Shown here one piece after another: positions 19,634 to 28,749 of a DNA stretch of 64,000 bases. The number at the start of each line of letters is the position of its first letter. Positions within the stretch are counted from its first letter, which is position 1. Below the pieces are notes generated by a model. That model was not told the origin of the DNA, did no database searches, and saw only the letters and a program-made list of their open reading frames with translations. The position numbers and the translations under genes were made by a program. Source of the stretch: an uncultured Methylomirabilota bacterium (lineage in GTDB: Bacteria; Methylomirabilota; Methylomirabilia; Methylomirabilales; 2-02-FULL-66-22); NCBI GenBank assembly GCA_963845565.1, contig CAWJSJ010000002.1, positions 1,024,001-1,088,000 on the forward strand. Direction: 5' to 3'.

Positions 19634-19860
19634 CACCGACCCCGTGTGAGCGCCATGATCTCATCGGTCGTCATGCGGACCGTGGCCCGCCCGCGCAGGC
19701 GCTCCACAACTCGCTTCCCCCGCACTTGACTTCGTTTCGTGGGGACGAGCGTCACCACATTGCCTTCCACCGCGAACTCCACGTCGGTACCGGGGTGAAT
19801 GGAGAGCCGCTCGCGGATCTCCAGGGGAATGGTGACCTGCCCTTTCGTCGTGACTCTCAT
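19633..19860 (-). CDS. AbrB/MazE/SpoVT-family antitoxin
   Basis: MRVTTKGQVTIP..IRE; TGATG coupling to vapC. Confidence 0.9.
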   Translation of the reverse strand: MRVTTKGQVTIPLEIRERLSIHPGTDVEFAVEGNVVTLVPTKRSQVRGKRVVERLRGRATVRMTTDEIMALTRGR

Positions 19861-19870
19861 ATTCTTCTCC

Positions 19871-19915
19871 ATTCTTACCGGTAAGAATAATACTCCACAA
19901 GGAACAACTCGTCAA
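19871..19915 (-). promoter_or_regulatory. vapBC promoter with palindromic operator
   Basis: minus-strand TTGACG-N17-TATTAT; perfect 18-bp palindrome ATTCTTACCGGTAAGAAT at 19871-19888. Confidence 0.75.
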
Positions 19916-19943
19916 ACCACACTCCGTCAGGGGGGACGGCGTT

Positions 19944-19978
19944 TCCTATGACTCTCAGTTACCGGCGGAGAGTCTGCG
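19944..19978 (+). repeat. junction repeat family 2, short copy
   Basis: TCCTATGACTCTCAGTTACCGGCGGAGAGTCTGCG resembles 23186-23220 and 21031-21058. Confidence 0.6.
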
Positions 19979-19995
19979 CCTTGCCTTATCAAGGC

Positions 19996-20030
19996 TTGCC
20001 AAGATCGGACCGCGTGATTACAATGTAATC
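19996..20030 (+). promoter_or_regulatory. mazEF promoter with palindromic operator
   Basis: TTGCCA-N17-TACAAT; palindrome GATTACA-A-TGTAATC (20016-20030) covers the -10 box. Confidence 0.75.
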
Positions 20031-20049
20031 CCTGAAGGGAGGATGAGCC

Positions 20050-20307
20050 ATGCGAGCACGCGTTGTGCGGATCGGGAATTCACGGGGAGTACGCATCCCC
20101 AAGCCGCTCATCGAACAGGTTGGCCTACAGGACGAGGTCGAGATTGCCGTGGAAGGCAGCAGCCTGATCATCCGCGCCGCTGCGCGCCCCCGCGCGGGCT
20201 GGGCGACGGCGTTCCGGATGATGGCCGAGCGGGGAGACGATCGGCTACTGGACGTTGCCGGAGGCTCGACGACCAAGTGGGACGAGGACGAATGGGAATG
20301 GAAGTGA
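20050..20307 (+). CDS. mazE: MazE/AbrB-family antitoxin
   Basis: RIGNSRGVRIPK; acidic DEDEWEW tail. Confidence 0.88.
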   Translation: MRARVVRIGNSRGVRIPKPLIEQVGLQDEVEIAVEGSSLIIRAAARPRAGWATAFRMMAERGDDRLLDVAGGSTTKWDEDEWEWK

Positions 20308-20621
20308 ACCGATTCGAGGTCTACCTGGTCACCCTCGACCCGACCCTGGGAAGCGAGATCCAGAAGACCCGCCCGTGCCTGGTGGTGTCGCCCGACGAAA
20401 TGAACCACCACATCCGGACGGTCATCGTCGCCCCCATGACCACAAAAGGGCAACCCTATCCCACCCGCGTCCCCTGCCGGTTCAAGGGCAGGGCGGGCCA
20501 GATCGTCCTCGACCAGATCCGGACCGTGGACAAAACCCGGCTCGTCCGCCGTCTCGGCCGCCTCGACCCCAAGACCGGGATGAAGGTCCTCGCCGTCCTC
20601 GCTGAACTCTTCGCCCCGTAG
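20298..20621 (+). CDS. mazF: MazF/PemK endoribonuclease toxin
   Basis: LDPTLGSEIQKTRPCLVVSPDEMN, DQIRTVDKTRL. Confidence 0.92.
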   Translation: MEVNRFEVYLVTLDPTLGSEIQKTRPCLVVSPDEMNHHIRTVIVAPMTTKGQPYPTRVPCRFKGRAGQIVLDQIRTVDKTRLVRRLGRLDPKTGMKVLAVLAELFAP

Positions 20622-20643
20622 TTTCTTCTTTGACAACGGCTTA

Positions 20644-20740
20644 CTACGACTACGCGCCTGATGGGCCGATGAGCCCGTGATCGTTTTCCACCACGCATGA
20701 TCTCGTGGAGTACGCACCGCTCCTGGCTGGGCGGATTCTC
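20644..20740 (+). repeat. structured-leader repeat, copy B (5'-truncated)
   Basis: CTACGACTACGCGCCTGATGGGCCGATGAGCCCGTGATCGTTTTCCACC..., nearly identical to 22400-22495. Confidence 0.8.
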
Positions 20741-20794
20741 GCCGTCTGAAGGGCGCTTGCTAAATACGGAAACTTCGGCCATGGTCGTTCTGAT

Positions 20795-20926
20795 ATGAAG
20801 AGACGCCGACGTTACAAGATGCATCTCGTGGTCAATGGGCGCTCGATCGAGGAAGTGGTGACTGACCCCCACTACGAGGTCAAACACTCCGAAATCGACG
20901 ACGAGCCCATCTGCTTTCGGAGGTAG
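20795..20926 (+). pseudogene. short ORF, possibly an internally deleted gene remnant
   Basis: 43 aa MKRRRRYKMHLVVNGRSIEEVVTDPHYEVKHSEIDDEPICFRR, protein-like composition in lower-GC DNA. Confidence 0.3.
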
Positions 20927-21030
20927 TGTGCAGGAAGGCCCCTCGGAAGAAGACCGCGATCAGCACCGGCACGCCGTTAGGTTCACAGCGCTTTGGAACA
21001 TGCGCTTCCCCTGATATGCATTGAAACGTC

Positions 21031-21115
21031 TGACTCCTGGTTACACGCGGAGAGCCTGTTGCTGATAAGAGGTGAAGGGAGGCAACGAGTCATGGGACGC
21101 AAGGTCCCCCATGAC
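21031..21115 (+). repeat. junction repeat family 2 with terminal hairpin
   Basis: TGACTCCTGGTTACACGCGGAGAGCCTG...GTCATGGGACGCAAGGTCCCCCATGAC. Confidence 0.65.
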
Positions 21116-21158
21116 AGCATAATGGACAAAGAGACGACCATATGCTAAATACAGTCCC

Positions 21159-22319
21159 ATGATAAGACGACCGTACTGGATCGAGCGGATTCATGCCGCC
21201 TGGAAGAAGCGGCCCATCGTCTGGCTCGCGGGCGTGCGCAGAGCCGGCAAGACCACGCTGGCCAGGATGCTTCCTGAGGCCGTCTACCTGAACTGCGACC
21301 TGCCGTCCGTGCTCCATCGGCTCGAAGACCCGGAGCTGTTCTATCGCTCCCTCTCGAAAGGAGCCACGGTCGTCTTCGACGAGGCGCACCGGCTGCCCGA
21401 CCCGGCACAGGTCCTCAAGATCGGCGCTGATGCGTTCCCTCGACTCCGTCTTTTGGCGACGGGCTCGTCCACCCTCTCGGCAACCCGCAAGTTTCGCGAC
21501 ACCCTGGCAGGCCGCAAAACGCTCTTGCCCTTGCCGCCGATTCTCTGGCCGGAGTGCGAGGCCGAATTCGCAGTGAGGGACCTAGACCGCCGCCTCTTTC
21601 GCGGTGGGCTTCCCGAGGCCCTTCTCGCGGACGAGCCAGATGCCGCCTCTTACGCGGAATGGCTGGACAGTTTCTACGCCCGCGACATCCAGGAGTTGTT
21701 TGGCATCCGGGAGCGCACGGGCTTTCTCAATCTCCTCCGCCTGATGCTTCGGCAAAGCGGCGGTCTTGTCGACTACTCGGCCCTGTCGCGCGAATGCGAT
21801 CTCAGCCGGGCGACCGTGAAATCCCACCTCGAAGCCATGACCGTCGCCTGCGCCCTGATCCCGGTTCCGCCTTTCCACGGGGGTGGCCGGCGAGAGTTGG
21901 TCCGTCGCCCGAAGGTCTACGCCTTCGACACGGGGTTCGTGGCCTACGCCCGCGGCTGGCAAGACCTGCGCGCCGAGGACCGCGGGCCGCTCTGGGAGCA
22001 CCTGGTCCTGGACGTGTTGCGCACGGCCCACGAAGGCCAAGAGGTGGCGTACTGGCGGGACAAATCGGGGCGGGAGGTGGATTTCGTCATCCCGCGGGGC
22101 CGACGGGTGGACACCTACGAGTGCAAGATGACTCCTGGGCGGTTCGACCCTGAATCCCTCAAGGTTTTCCGGTCCCACTATCCCGACGGGGAGAACTTCC
22201 TGGTTACACCCGGAATCGAGAGCCCTTACGACCACACATTCGAGGGCCTCGTCGTCCGCGTCACCGGCTGCCGCGACCTGCTGCTCCGAACGATACGACC
22301 GACCGCGGCTCATTCTTGA
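21159..22319 (+). CDS. AAA_14 ATPase with DUF4143 (PD-(D/E)xK-like) C-terminus
   Basis: GVRRAGKTTL, VFDEAH, TGSS, PKVYAFDTG, YWRDKSGREVDFV..YECK. Confidence 0.88.
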   Translation: MIRRPYWIERIHAAWKKRPIVWLAGVRRAGKTTLARMLPEAVYLNCDLPSVLHRLEDPELFYRSLSKGATVVFDEAHRLPDPAQVLKIGADAFPRLRLLATGSSTLSATRKFRDTLAGRKTLLPLPPILWPECEAEFAVRDLDRRLFRGGLPEALLADEPDAASYAEWLDSFYARDIQELFGIRERTGFLNLLRLMLRQSGGLVDYSALSRECDLSRATVKSHLEAMTVACALIPVPPFHGGGRRELVRRPKVYAFDTGFVAYARGWQDLRAEDRGPLWEHLVLDVLRTAHEGQEVAYWRDKSGREVDFVIPRGRRVDTYECKMTPGRFDPESLKVFRSHYPDGENFLVTPGIESPYDHTFEGLVVRVTGCRDLLLRTIRPTAAHS

Positions 22320-22500
22320 CAGCCCCGAAGGGCCGGCGTAGAGTCCCTCGCAACGGTTCCGGCCATCCCATCTCTTTGCCGGGCCGCCCTTCAGCCCTCC
22401 TACGACTACGCGCCTGACGGGCCGATGAGCCCGTGATCGTTTTCCACCAGGCATGATCTCACGGAGTGCGTGCCGCTCCTGGCTGGGCAAATTCCTACGT
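22316..22500 (+). repeat. promoter plus structured-leader repeat, copy C
   Basis: TTGACA-N17-TAGAGT (the -35 overlaps the ATPase stop codon) followed by a leader similar to copies A and B. Confidence 0.8.
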
Positions 22501-22590
22501 AGCCATCGTGGTAGGGGTTGTCGGCAGAACCGATGTCTGCACGCCACCGTTCGCCAACGCACGGAAACGACAGAGGCTCGGTCCCCCACG

Positions 22591-23101
22591 ATGAAGACCA
22601 AGTCCTTGCTCGGCGGTTTCGTGCGACGCGCTTGTGATCTGGGAGCCATCGAGGCGAAGGTCATCCGGGCGGACTCGGTCGTCACGGCGCCCTGGGTGCG
22701 GCTGAAGTGCCAGTTCGGCTGCGGCGGTTGGGGCTCCAATCTGTGCTGCCCGCCACATACGCCGACACCCGAGGAGACCGCCAAAGTGATCGCCTGCTAC
22801 ACGCAGGCCCTCCTGATTCACTGCCGGGGGAATAAACGGCCGACGAAGATCGTGGCGGCGCTGGAGCGCGAGATCTTCCTGTCCGGTTTCTACAAGGCCC
22901 TGGGCTTCGGCGCGGGACCGTGCCGGCTGTGCAAGGACTGTAACCTCGCGGGGTGCATGCGACCCGACGACGCCCGACCAGCCATGGAGGCCTGCGGCAT
23001 CGACGTCTTCGCCACCGCCCGCGCCAACGGCTTCCCGATCGAGGTGGTCACAGGACGCGTCGTGCGAGGACAACTACTACGGCCTCGTCCTGATCGAATA
23101 G
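22591..23101 (+). CDS. DUF2284 Cys-rich metal-binding protein, +1 frameshift near 23052
   Basis: WVRLKCQFGC...CCPP, GAGPCRLCKDC, RPAMEACGIDVFAT; C-terminus DNYYGLVLIE-stop lies in a shifted frame. Confidence 0.75.
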
Positions 23102-23185
23102 ACCCCGCCGTCAGTCGGGTTCGAATCCGTGGTGGGGAAGCAGAAGGGACTCGAACGCATGCGCCAGCCACGCCATGGGGTTGTA

Positions 23186-23293
23186 TCCTATGACGCCTGG
23201 TTACGAGCGGAGAGTCTGCGGCTGCTGAGAGGAGAAAGGAGAAAGGTAGTCGTGGGACGCAACGGCCGGGTCCCCCATGACGTCCCCCATGAC
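23186..23293 (+). repeat. junction repeat family 2, long copy with duplicated GTCCCCCATGAC
   Basis: aligns with 21031-21115 and 19944-19978. Confidence 0.65.
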
Positions 23294-23570
23294 GGGCCAC
23301 TCCTTCGGTGAGGGGAGGCACCCAGTGTACCCGGAAATTGAAATAGATCTTCCTCATGACGAGGAGTAACTCGCAATAAGTTGGGCAGTTACAGCTTTGG
23401 TCTGACGCAATAACCGGGCATTAGTGGGTTCAGATATTCAAGTTGTTTGGAGGTCCTAGATCCAAGATTCAATTGACACAAAAGATCGTTCTAGTATATT
23501 TCACCCGCCAGAATTGGTTGTGGCTGTAACGTCATAACAACAACCAGGAACGATGAAAGAGGAGGAGTGT

Positions 23571-24704
23571 ATGATGCAGAAACTTTTCAAATCATTCTCG
23601 TTTATGGTGTGTCTGGTGCTGGTATGGATGTTCGCGGTTGGCGTTGACCAAGCGTTTTCGGCCAGCAAGGCAGCCGACACGGTTGACAAACAGGCGCCGC
23701 GCAACGTGGATCTGAATCCCGTGCTCGCGGCACCCGTCAGCTTACGATTGGGTTACGAAGACAGGGCGACCTGGCCCGGCGTTGCGAATACACCGGACCC
23801 GGAGCACGCCTTCGCTCTGATTTTCAAGCAGTTCGTCGAAGAACGAACGAACGGCACGGTCAAAATTCAACTGTTCGCGCAAAGCCAGATCGGCGGCTCG
23901 AAACAGATGACCGAAATGGTGCAGGCCGGCACATTGGACCTTTGCATAGGGACGGGTGTCATGGGTGGGTTCTACCCCAAGTTTGAAGTCATTTACCTAC
24001 CCTATGCCTTCCAGTCCGAGGAAATCGCCTGGTGGGTTTTTGACAACAGCAAATTCTGGAAGAATCTCATGGCCGATATGGAGAAAACCGTCGGCATTAC
24101 CTATCTGGGGATGGGACAGAACGGCGTCCGAAACTTTACCAACAACAAACGAGAAATCCGTCAACCGTCCGACTTGAAAGGGCTTAAATTACGGGTCATG
24201 CAGTCTCCCATATATGTAAAGATGGTAGAGGCGCTGGGAGGCAATGCCGTCCCGATCGCCTGGGCGGAACTTTACACCGCACTTCAAACTGGTGTCGTGG
24301 ATGGTCAGGAAAACCCCATCTCCATCATTGAGTTGGGTAAGATTCATGAAGTGCAGAAGTATCTGACCCTCGACGGTCACACCTGGAGCGAGGACATGCT
24401 GGTGATCAATACGGCGAAATTCAACAGTTTCCCCGAGGGGGTGAAACATGTCCTGAAGATGGGCGGATTGCACGGGGCAAGGGCCGACCGGGCTGCCGAG
24501 GCATTCAAAACAAGGGTGACAGATCTTGCCAAAGTGGCCGCCAAGTTGAAAATATACAAACCGACGCCGGCCGAGCTCAAGAAGTTCCAGGATACGGCCA
24601 AACCGCCGGTGGTTGCATACCTCAAGGAAAAGATCGGTCCGGAAACGGTTGACTCTTTCTTCAGCGCGGTTGAAGAAGCGGAAATCGCTTTAGGATATAA
24701 ATAA
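23571..24704 (+). CDS. dctP: TRAP transporter solute-binding protein
   Basis: signal peptide; DLKGLKLRVM, ELYTALQTGVVDGQENP. Confidence 0.9.
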   Translation: MMQKLFKSFSFMVCLVLVWMFAVGVDQAFSASKAADTVDKQAPRNVDLNPVLAAPVSLRLGYEDRATWPGVANTPDPEHAFALIFKQFVEERTNGTVKIQLFAQSQIGGSKQMTEMVQAGTLDLCIGTGVMGGFYPKFEVIYLPYAFQSEEIAWWVFDNSKFWKNLMADMEKTVGITYLGMGQNGVRNFTNNKREIRQPSDLKGLKLRVMQSPIYVKMVEALGGNAVPIAWAELYTALQTGVVDGQENPISIIELGKIHEVQKYLTLDGHTWSEDMLVINTAKFNSFPEGVKHVLKMGGLHGARADRAAEAFKTRVTDLAKVAAKLKIYKPTPAELKKFQDTAKPPVVAYLKEKIGPETVDSFFSAVEEAEIALGYK

Positions 24705-24725
24705 TCCAGCGCCGTAATTTGTACA

Positions 24726-24764
24726 ACCCAATCCCCCTCGCCATCGCCTAGAGGGGGATTGGGT
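24726..24764 (+). other. intergenic stem-loop after dctP (mRNA stabiliser or partial terminator)
   Basis: perfect 14-bp stem ACCCAATCCCCCTC/GAGGGGGATTGGGT. Confidence 0.6.
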
Positions 24765-24803
24765 GCAATTCGAAAGATGCATCATGCGAAGGGCCAAAGC
24801 AAA

Positions 24804-25343
24804 ATGGGTGCGAATCATCTCAACCCTGTCGTCGATTTCTTGAGAAAAGCCAGCGATGTTGCCGACAGGATCGCGCTGGTGCTGGTGACAGTATATATAT
24901 CCATTGTAACCTTCCTGGCCTTGCTCGGAATCACTTATCGATTGCTGGGGAACTCCCTCTCCTGGGCGGAGGAACTGTCCCGCTGGTTTCTCATCGGGAT
25001 TGCCTTCGTCGGCGCCAGCGTGGTGCTTAAAAGGGGCGCGCATGTCGGCGTGGTCTTTTTTCTGAAATGCCTGAAAAGCACGGCATTGATCAAATATATT
25101 ACGGTCATCGCCAATGTGCTTGTGCTGGTGTCGCTGGCGTACTTCTTCTGGTTCGGATTGCTGGCGGCCCTCGGCTCTTTCAGGCAGATGGGAGGCATCA
25201 TCCAGGTTCCCATGGCGTATGTGAAATTCAACCTGCCGCTGGGTTGTTTTTTCATGATCGTTCACATGCTTTACTATATCGTCGGCGCCGCGACCGCGAA
25301 AAACGGCGTTGAGGAGTATATCCTGAGCAGAAGCGAAGAGTAG
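24804..25343 (+). CDS. dctQ: TRAP transporter small permease
   Basis: WAEELSRW, GAHVGV, 4 TM. Confidence 0.85.
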   Translation: MGANHLNPVVDFLRKASDVADRIALVLVTVYISIVTFLALLGITYRLLGNSLSWAEELSRWFLIGIAFVGASVVLKRGAHVGVVFFLKCLKSTALIKYITVIANVLVLVSLAYFFWFGLLAALGSFRQMGGIIQVPMAYVKFNLPLGCFFMIVHMLYYIVGAATAKNGVEEYILSRSEE

Positions 25344-25351
25344 GAGAAAAG

Positions 25352-26642
25352 ATGGTATTGACCTATATTGGAATCACCTTTGTAGTAACGATGCTCATGG
25401 GCGTGCCGATCGCCTTCATACTGGGACTCATCCCACTGGGCTACCTGGTTTTCTTCAGCAACATTCCGTTGACCGTAATCGGCCAGACGCTGTTTAACGG
25501 GGCCGACAGCTACATTCTGCTGGCGATCCCGTTTTTCATATCTGCTTCGATTTTGATGAACCGTACCGGCATTACCCGGGACCTGATCAATTTTGCCAAT
25601 CTGATCGTCGGCAGACTCCCGGGAAGCCTGTCCCAGGTCAATATCATATCCAGCATGATCTTCGCCGGTATCACCGGGGCCGCGGTGGCGGATGCGGCTG
25701 CAATCGGCGGCATTCTCATCCCGGCCATGAAGGAAGAAGGATATACGCCTTCGTACAGCGCCGCGTTGACGGTTGCCGCTTCCATCATGGGACCGATTAT
25801 CCCGCCCAGTATCATCATGGTGATTTACGGGTCCATCACGGGAGACTCGATCGGGGCGCTCTTCATGGCGGGTTTCATGCCGGGCATCATGATCGCCGTC
25901 TCGCTGATGATCGTGGCAATCTATTATGCGATTAAAGACAAGCATCCCCGACGTACGACAGGCTACACGCTGAAGGAGTCCGTCAGCATCATCCGAAACG
26001 CGCTGTTGGCCCTGATGATGCCGGTGATCATTGTCGGGGGGATTCTCAGCGGACAATTCACGCCGACCGAGGCGGCCGCCATCGCCTGTGCGTATGCGTT
26101 CATTGTCGGCTTCTTCATTTACAAGCAGCTTACCCTAAGGGACCTGATCGACAGTCTCAAGGAGGGCGCCATCACTTCCGGAGCAATTCTGTTGATTATT
26201 GCTGCGGCGAGAGCTGTTCGGTCTCATGATGTCGATCGAAGCCCTGCCGCAGCAGATCGCGGAAGTGTTCATGACCATTTCCACCGATAAATACGTTTTT
26301 CTGCTGATCGTGAACATTTTCCTGCTGTTTATGGGAATGATCATGGAAACAGGCGCCAATGTCATTCTGCTTGCGCCGATTCTGATTCCCATCGCCATTC
26401 AATATGGGATTCATCCCCTGCATTTTGCGCTGGTTGTATTGGTGAACGTAAACATCGGACTCGCGACCCCGCCCTTGGGCGTCTGTCTCTTCGTGGTTGC
26501 GCCCATTGCCAAGACCTCTTTTGAAAATGTTGTTTCCAAGATATTTCCTTTCTTGGTGGCGGAGATAACCGTACTGTTCTTAATAACGTATATTCCGGAG
26601 CTGATTCTGTTTGTGCCGCGGATGTTCGGCTTCGCGGTATAG
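25352..26642 (+). CDS. dctM: TRAP transporter large permease, +1 frameshift near 26210
   Basis: LAIPFF, GAAVADAAAIG, IIPPSI, TPTEAA; continues in ORF 26199-26642 (GLATPPLG). Confidence 0.85.
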
Positions 26643-27045
26643 CCCTAATTGACAGATGCCAAGTGATCCGTGACACCCAGATGTTGTTCTGCCCACGATC
26701 CTTCGAGACAAACGAGCTCAGAAATGAACGAGTGCCTCCATGGGTGGGAAGAAAACTAGGGGACGTTGGCAATTACAGCAAACAGTGATCCGCGATCAAG
26801 TCCCCGCCCCAGTTGCCATGCTTTCCGCGGTTTGTCCTGTGTCGCATACCGAGCGAATTTGTAATCGTAATAGGGGACGCTCCCACCTTCGTCACCTTGT
26901 TGCTTGGTGGTTGTCACCTCGGACGTTGCCATGTTCATCACCTTAAGTGAGATTCTATCGAACAGACCGCACCCGCACGTCGAAACACCTTTCAAGCGAT
27001 TCCTGACGCGGAGCCAAGGAGAATCGGCGCTCTGTGCCCACATTG

Positions 27046-28653
27046 CTACCGCCTTGAAAAGAAGTCCGCGCTGTTCTTCCGCAGGAGGACGATTGCGAAC
27101 GACACGTAGAGAAGCAAGCCCAGGACGACGTAGCCTCGAGGATAATACTGCGCGTGAAACGCGGTCAGAATGCCGAATGCGCCCCAGCCAAGGTAGAACC
27201 ATCTGGCCCATCCGACCCCGCGGAGCAAGAGCACGCCAGTCACAAAAGCCACGAAGATTGATGCATATGCAAATACGATCATGCCAAACACATTGAACGG
27301 CCATACGTTCATGACGGAGCGCATCCACTGCGCATCCATCATTCCGGAGAAGGTGACCGGCATCACACTGGTGCTCACCATGGAAAGGGCATAGTTCCTG
27401 AAGATGCCACGCGTCAGAATGAGCGCGAGCCGGATCGCCGACGATACAATCAGGGCCCACCCGAGAACCGTCACCCCGATCGGTCTCGTTCTGATGACGG
27501 GCGGAGCGACCGTATCGGCGTTCACGGCCCGCCTGTCTTCCGCACCGAGGGCAAAGAAGAAGCCGATCGGCATCGTGAGCAAGGCGAGGATCCCGATGCC
27601 CGGCCGCCGCTTCTGGATACCCGTTGCCAGTCCGGCGAGCCCAATGAGGACGGGAAGCCCATAAAGCAGCGCGTGCCCCACCAGTTCGCTGGTGTCCGTC
27701 CCCACGGCGTGATGAAAAGCCACCCACATCGAGTGGCCAAAGAGGATCGACCCGAGAAAGGCCACATACAGACAGATCAGCGCCAAGCCGACCTTCGCGC
27801 CGCCAACCATGCGCCGCCTGCCCGCGCGAGCCCCGTCGGACACCGTGTGTGTCCCCAACTCGCCGTTACCAATGGCGGTCGCGTCCGTTCCGTGCGCTCC
27901 CTCCGATGCCGCACCGGCCACGACTCCCTCGGACTGGATTCCGCGAGGCACCACAGCCCGCGGCCTGCGCTTCAGGCCCCCGAGTCCGGCGACCACCACG
28001 GACACCCCGAGAATCGCCCAGAGCACGGTGTAGTCCTGATGGTACGTGATGTCGGCCAGTACTTTCGACCGGAGCGCAAAATACCCCCCTCCCGCACTCG
28101 CACATCCCCACATGAGACCCCGTACAACACTCCACGTCCACTGGCGCGCGCGGACCTTGCGACTGACGTAATGGAGCCCACATCCAAGAATGGACAAGGG
28201 GACAACCAGGATGCCAGTCAAGAGTCCGAGTATGGCCAGGTGGCTGAGGCCGGATCGTGGATCGAAGCCGGACAGATTACGTAAGGGATTATGCGGCCCT
28301 GACACGTTGGGCAAGAAGTCGCAGGCAAGTGGAATGAGGAAGAGCAGCCACGGAGTCCCCATCGCCTCGACGAAGGACCTGCCGAACAGGGCCACGAGCA
28401 TGACGCAGAGGGGGATGACCATCAACATGGACACCACCGCGACGACGTGCCGCTCGACCGTCCGCACGTCCTGCAGGACCGCAAGACCCCCGAGAGCTAG
28501 CGTCATGAACGCCAGCCCCGCCGGGGAGACTGTGCGGATCACCCGCCCCACCCAGGTCGTCGGAGGCGCGAAACGGGCGACGACAATCCTCCCCACGAAA
28601 AGCATCAACCCCGTGCCCAAGACGAAATACGCCGTTGGCATGTTGGCTCCCAT
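27046..28653 (-). CDS. multi-TM hypothetical protein, possibly a read-through of 2-3 small membrane genes
   Basis: long hydrophobic ORF with polar linkers; last block RPIGVTVLGW...GVGWARW looks like a stand-alone membrane domain. Confidence 0.5.
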   Translation of the reverse strand: MGANMPTAYFVLGTGLMLFVGRIVVARFAPPTTWVGRVIRTVSPAGLAFMTLALGGLAVLQDVRTVERHVVAVVSMLMVIPLCVMLVALFGRSFVEAMGTPWLLFLIPLACDFLPNVSGPHNPLRNLSGFDPRSGLSHLAILGLLTGILVVPLSILGCGLHYVSRKVRARQWTWSVVRGLMWGCASAGGGYFALRSKVLADITYHQDYTVLWAILGVSVVVAGLGGLKRRPRAVVPRGIQSEGVVAGAASEGAHGTDATAIGNGELGTHTVSDGARAGRRRMVGGAKVGLALICLYVAFLGSILFGHSMWVAFHHAVGTDTSELVGHALLYGLPVLIGLAGLATGIQKRRPGIGILALLTMPIGFFFALGAEDRRAVNADTVAPPVIRTRPIGVTVLGWALIVSSAIRLALILTRGIFRNYALSMVSTSVMPVTFSGMMDAQWMRSVMNVWPFNVFGMIVFAYASIFVAFVTGVLLLRGVGWARWFYLGWGAFGILTAFHAQYYPRGYVVLGLLLYVSFAIVLLRKNSADFFSRR

Positions 28654-28749
28654 GAGATTGTGCAGTTTGAGGGGACGCTGCATTATTCGAATAACAGTCG
28701 CCCTCCTGGCCGGCGCTTGGCTGGCCTACGCTGTGGCCCCGGGATGGGA

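Noticed and set aside
20644..20740. Hammerhead ribozyme in the repeated leader
   Set aside because: No intact CUGANGA...GAAA core in the right arrangement.
21085..21115. c-di-GMP-I riboswitch suggested by GGGACGCAA (also near 23254)
   Set aside because: The GGCAAAC/GNRA P2 stem and P3 are missing; the sequence forms a simple terminal hairpin.
19140..23340. Integron cassette array
   Set aside because: vapC ends in an RYYYAAC-like site (ACCTAAC), but I found no matching GTTRRRY, the repeats lack attC structure, and no integrase is present.
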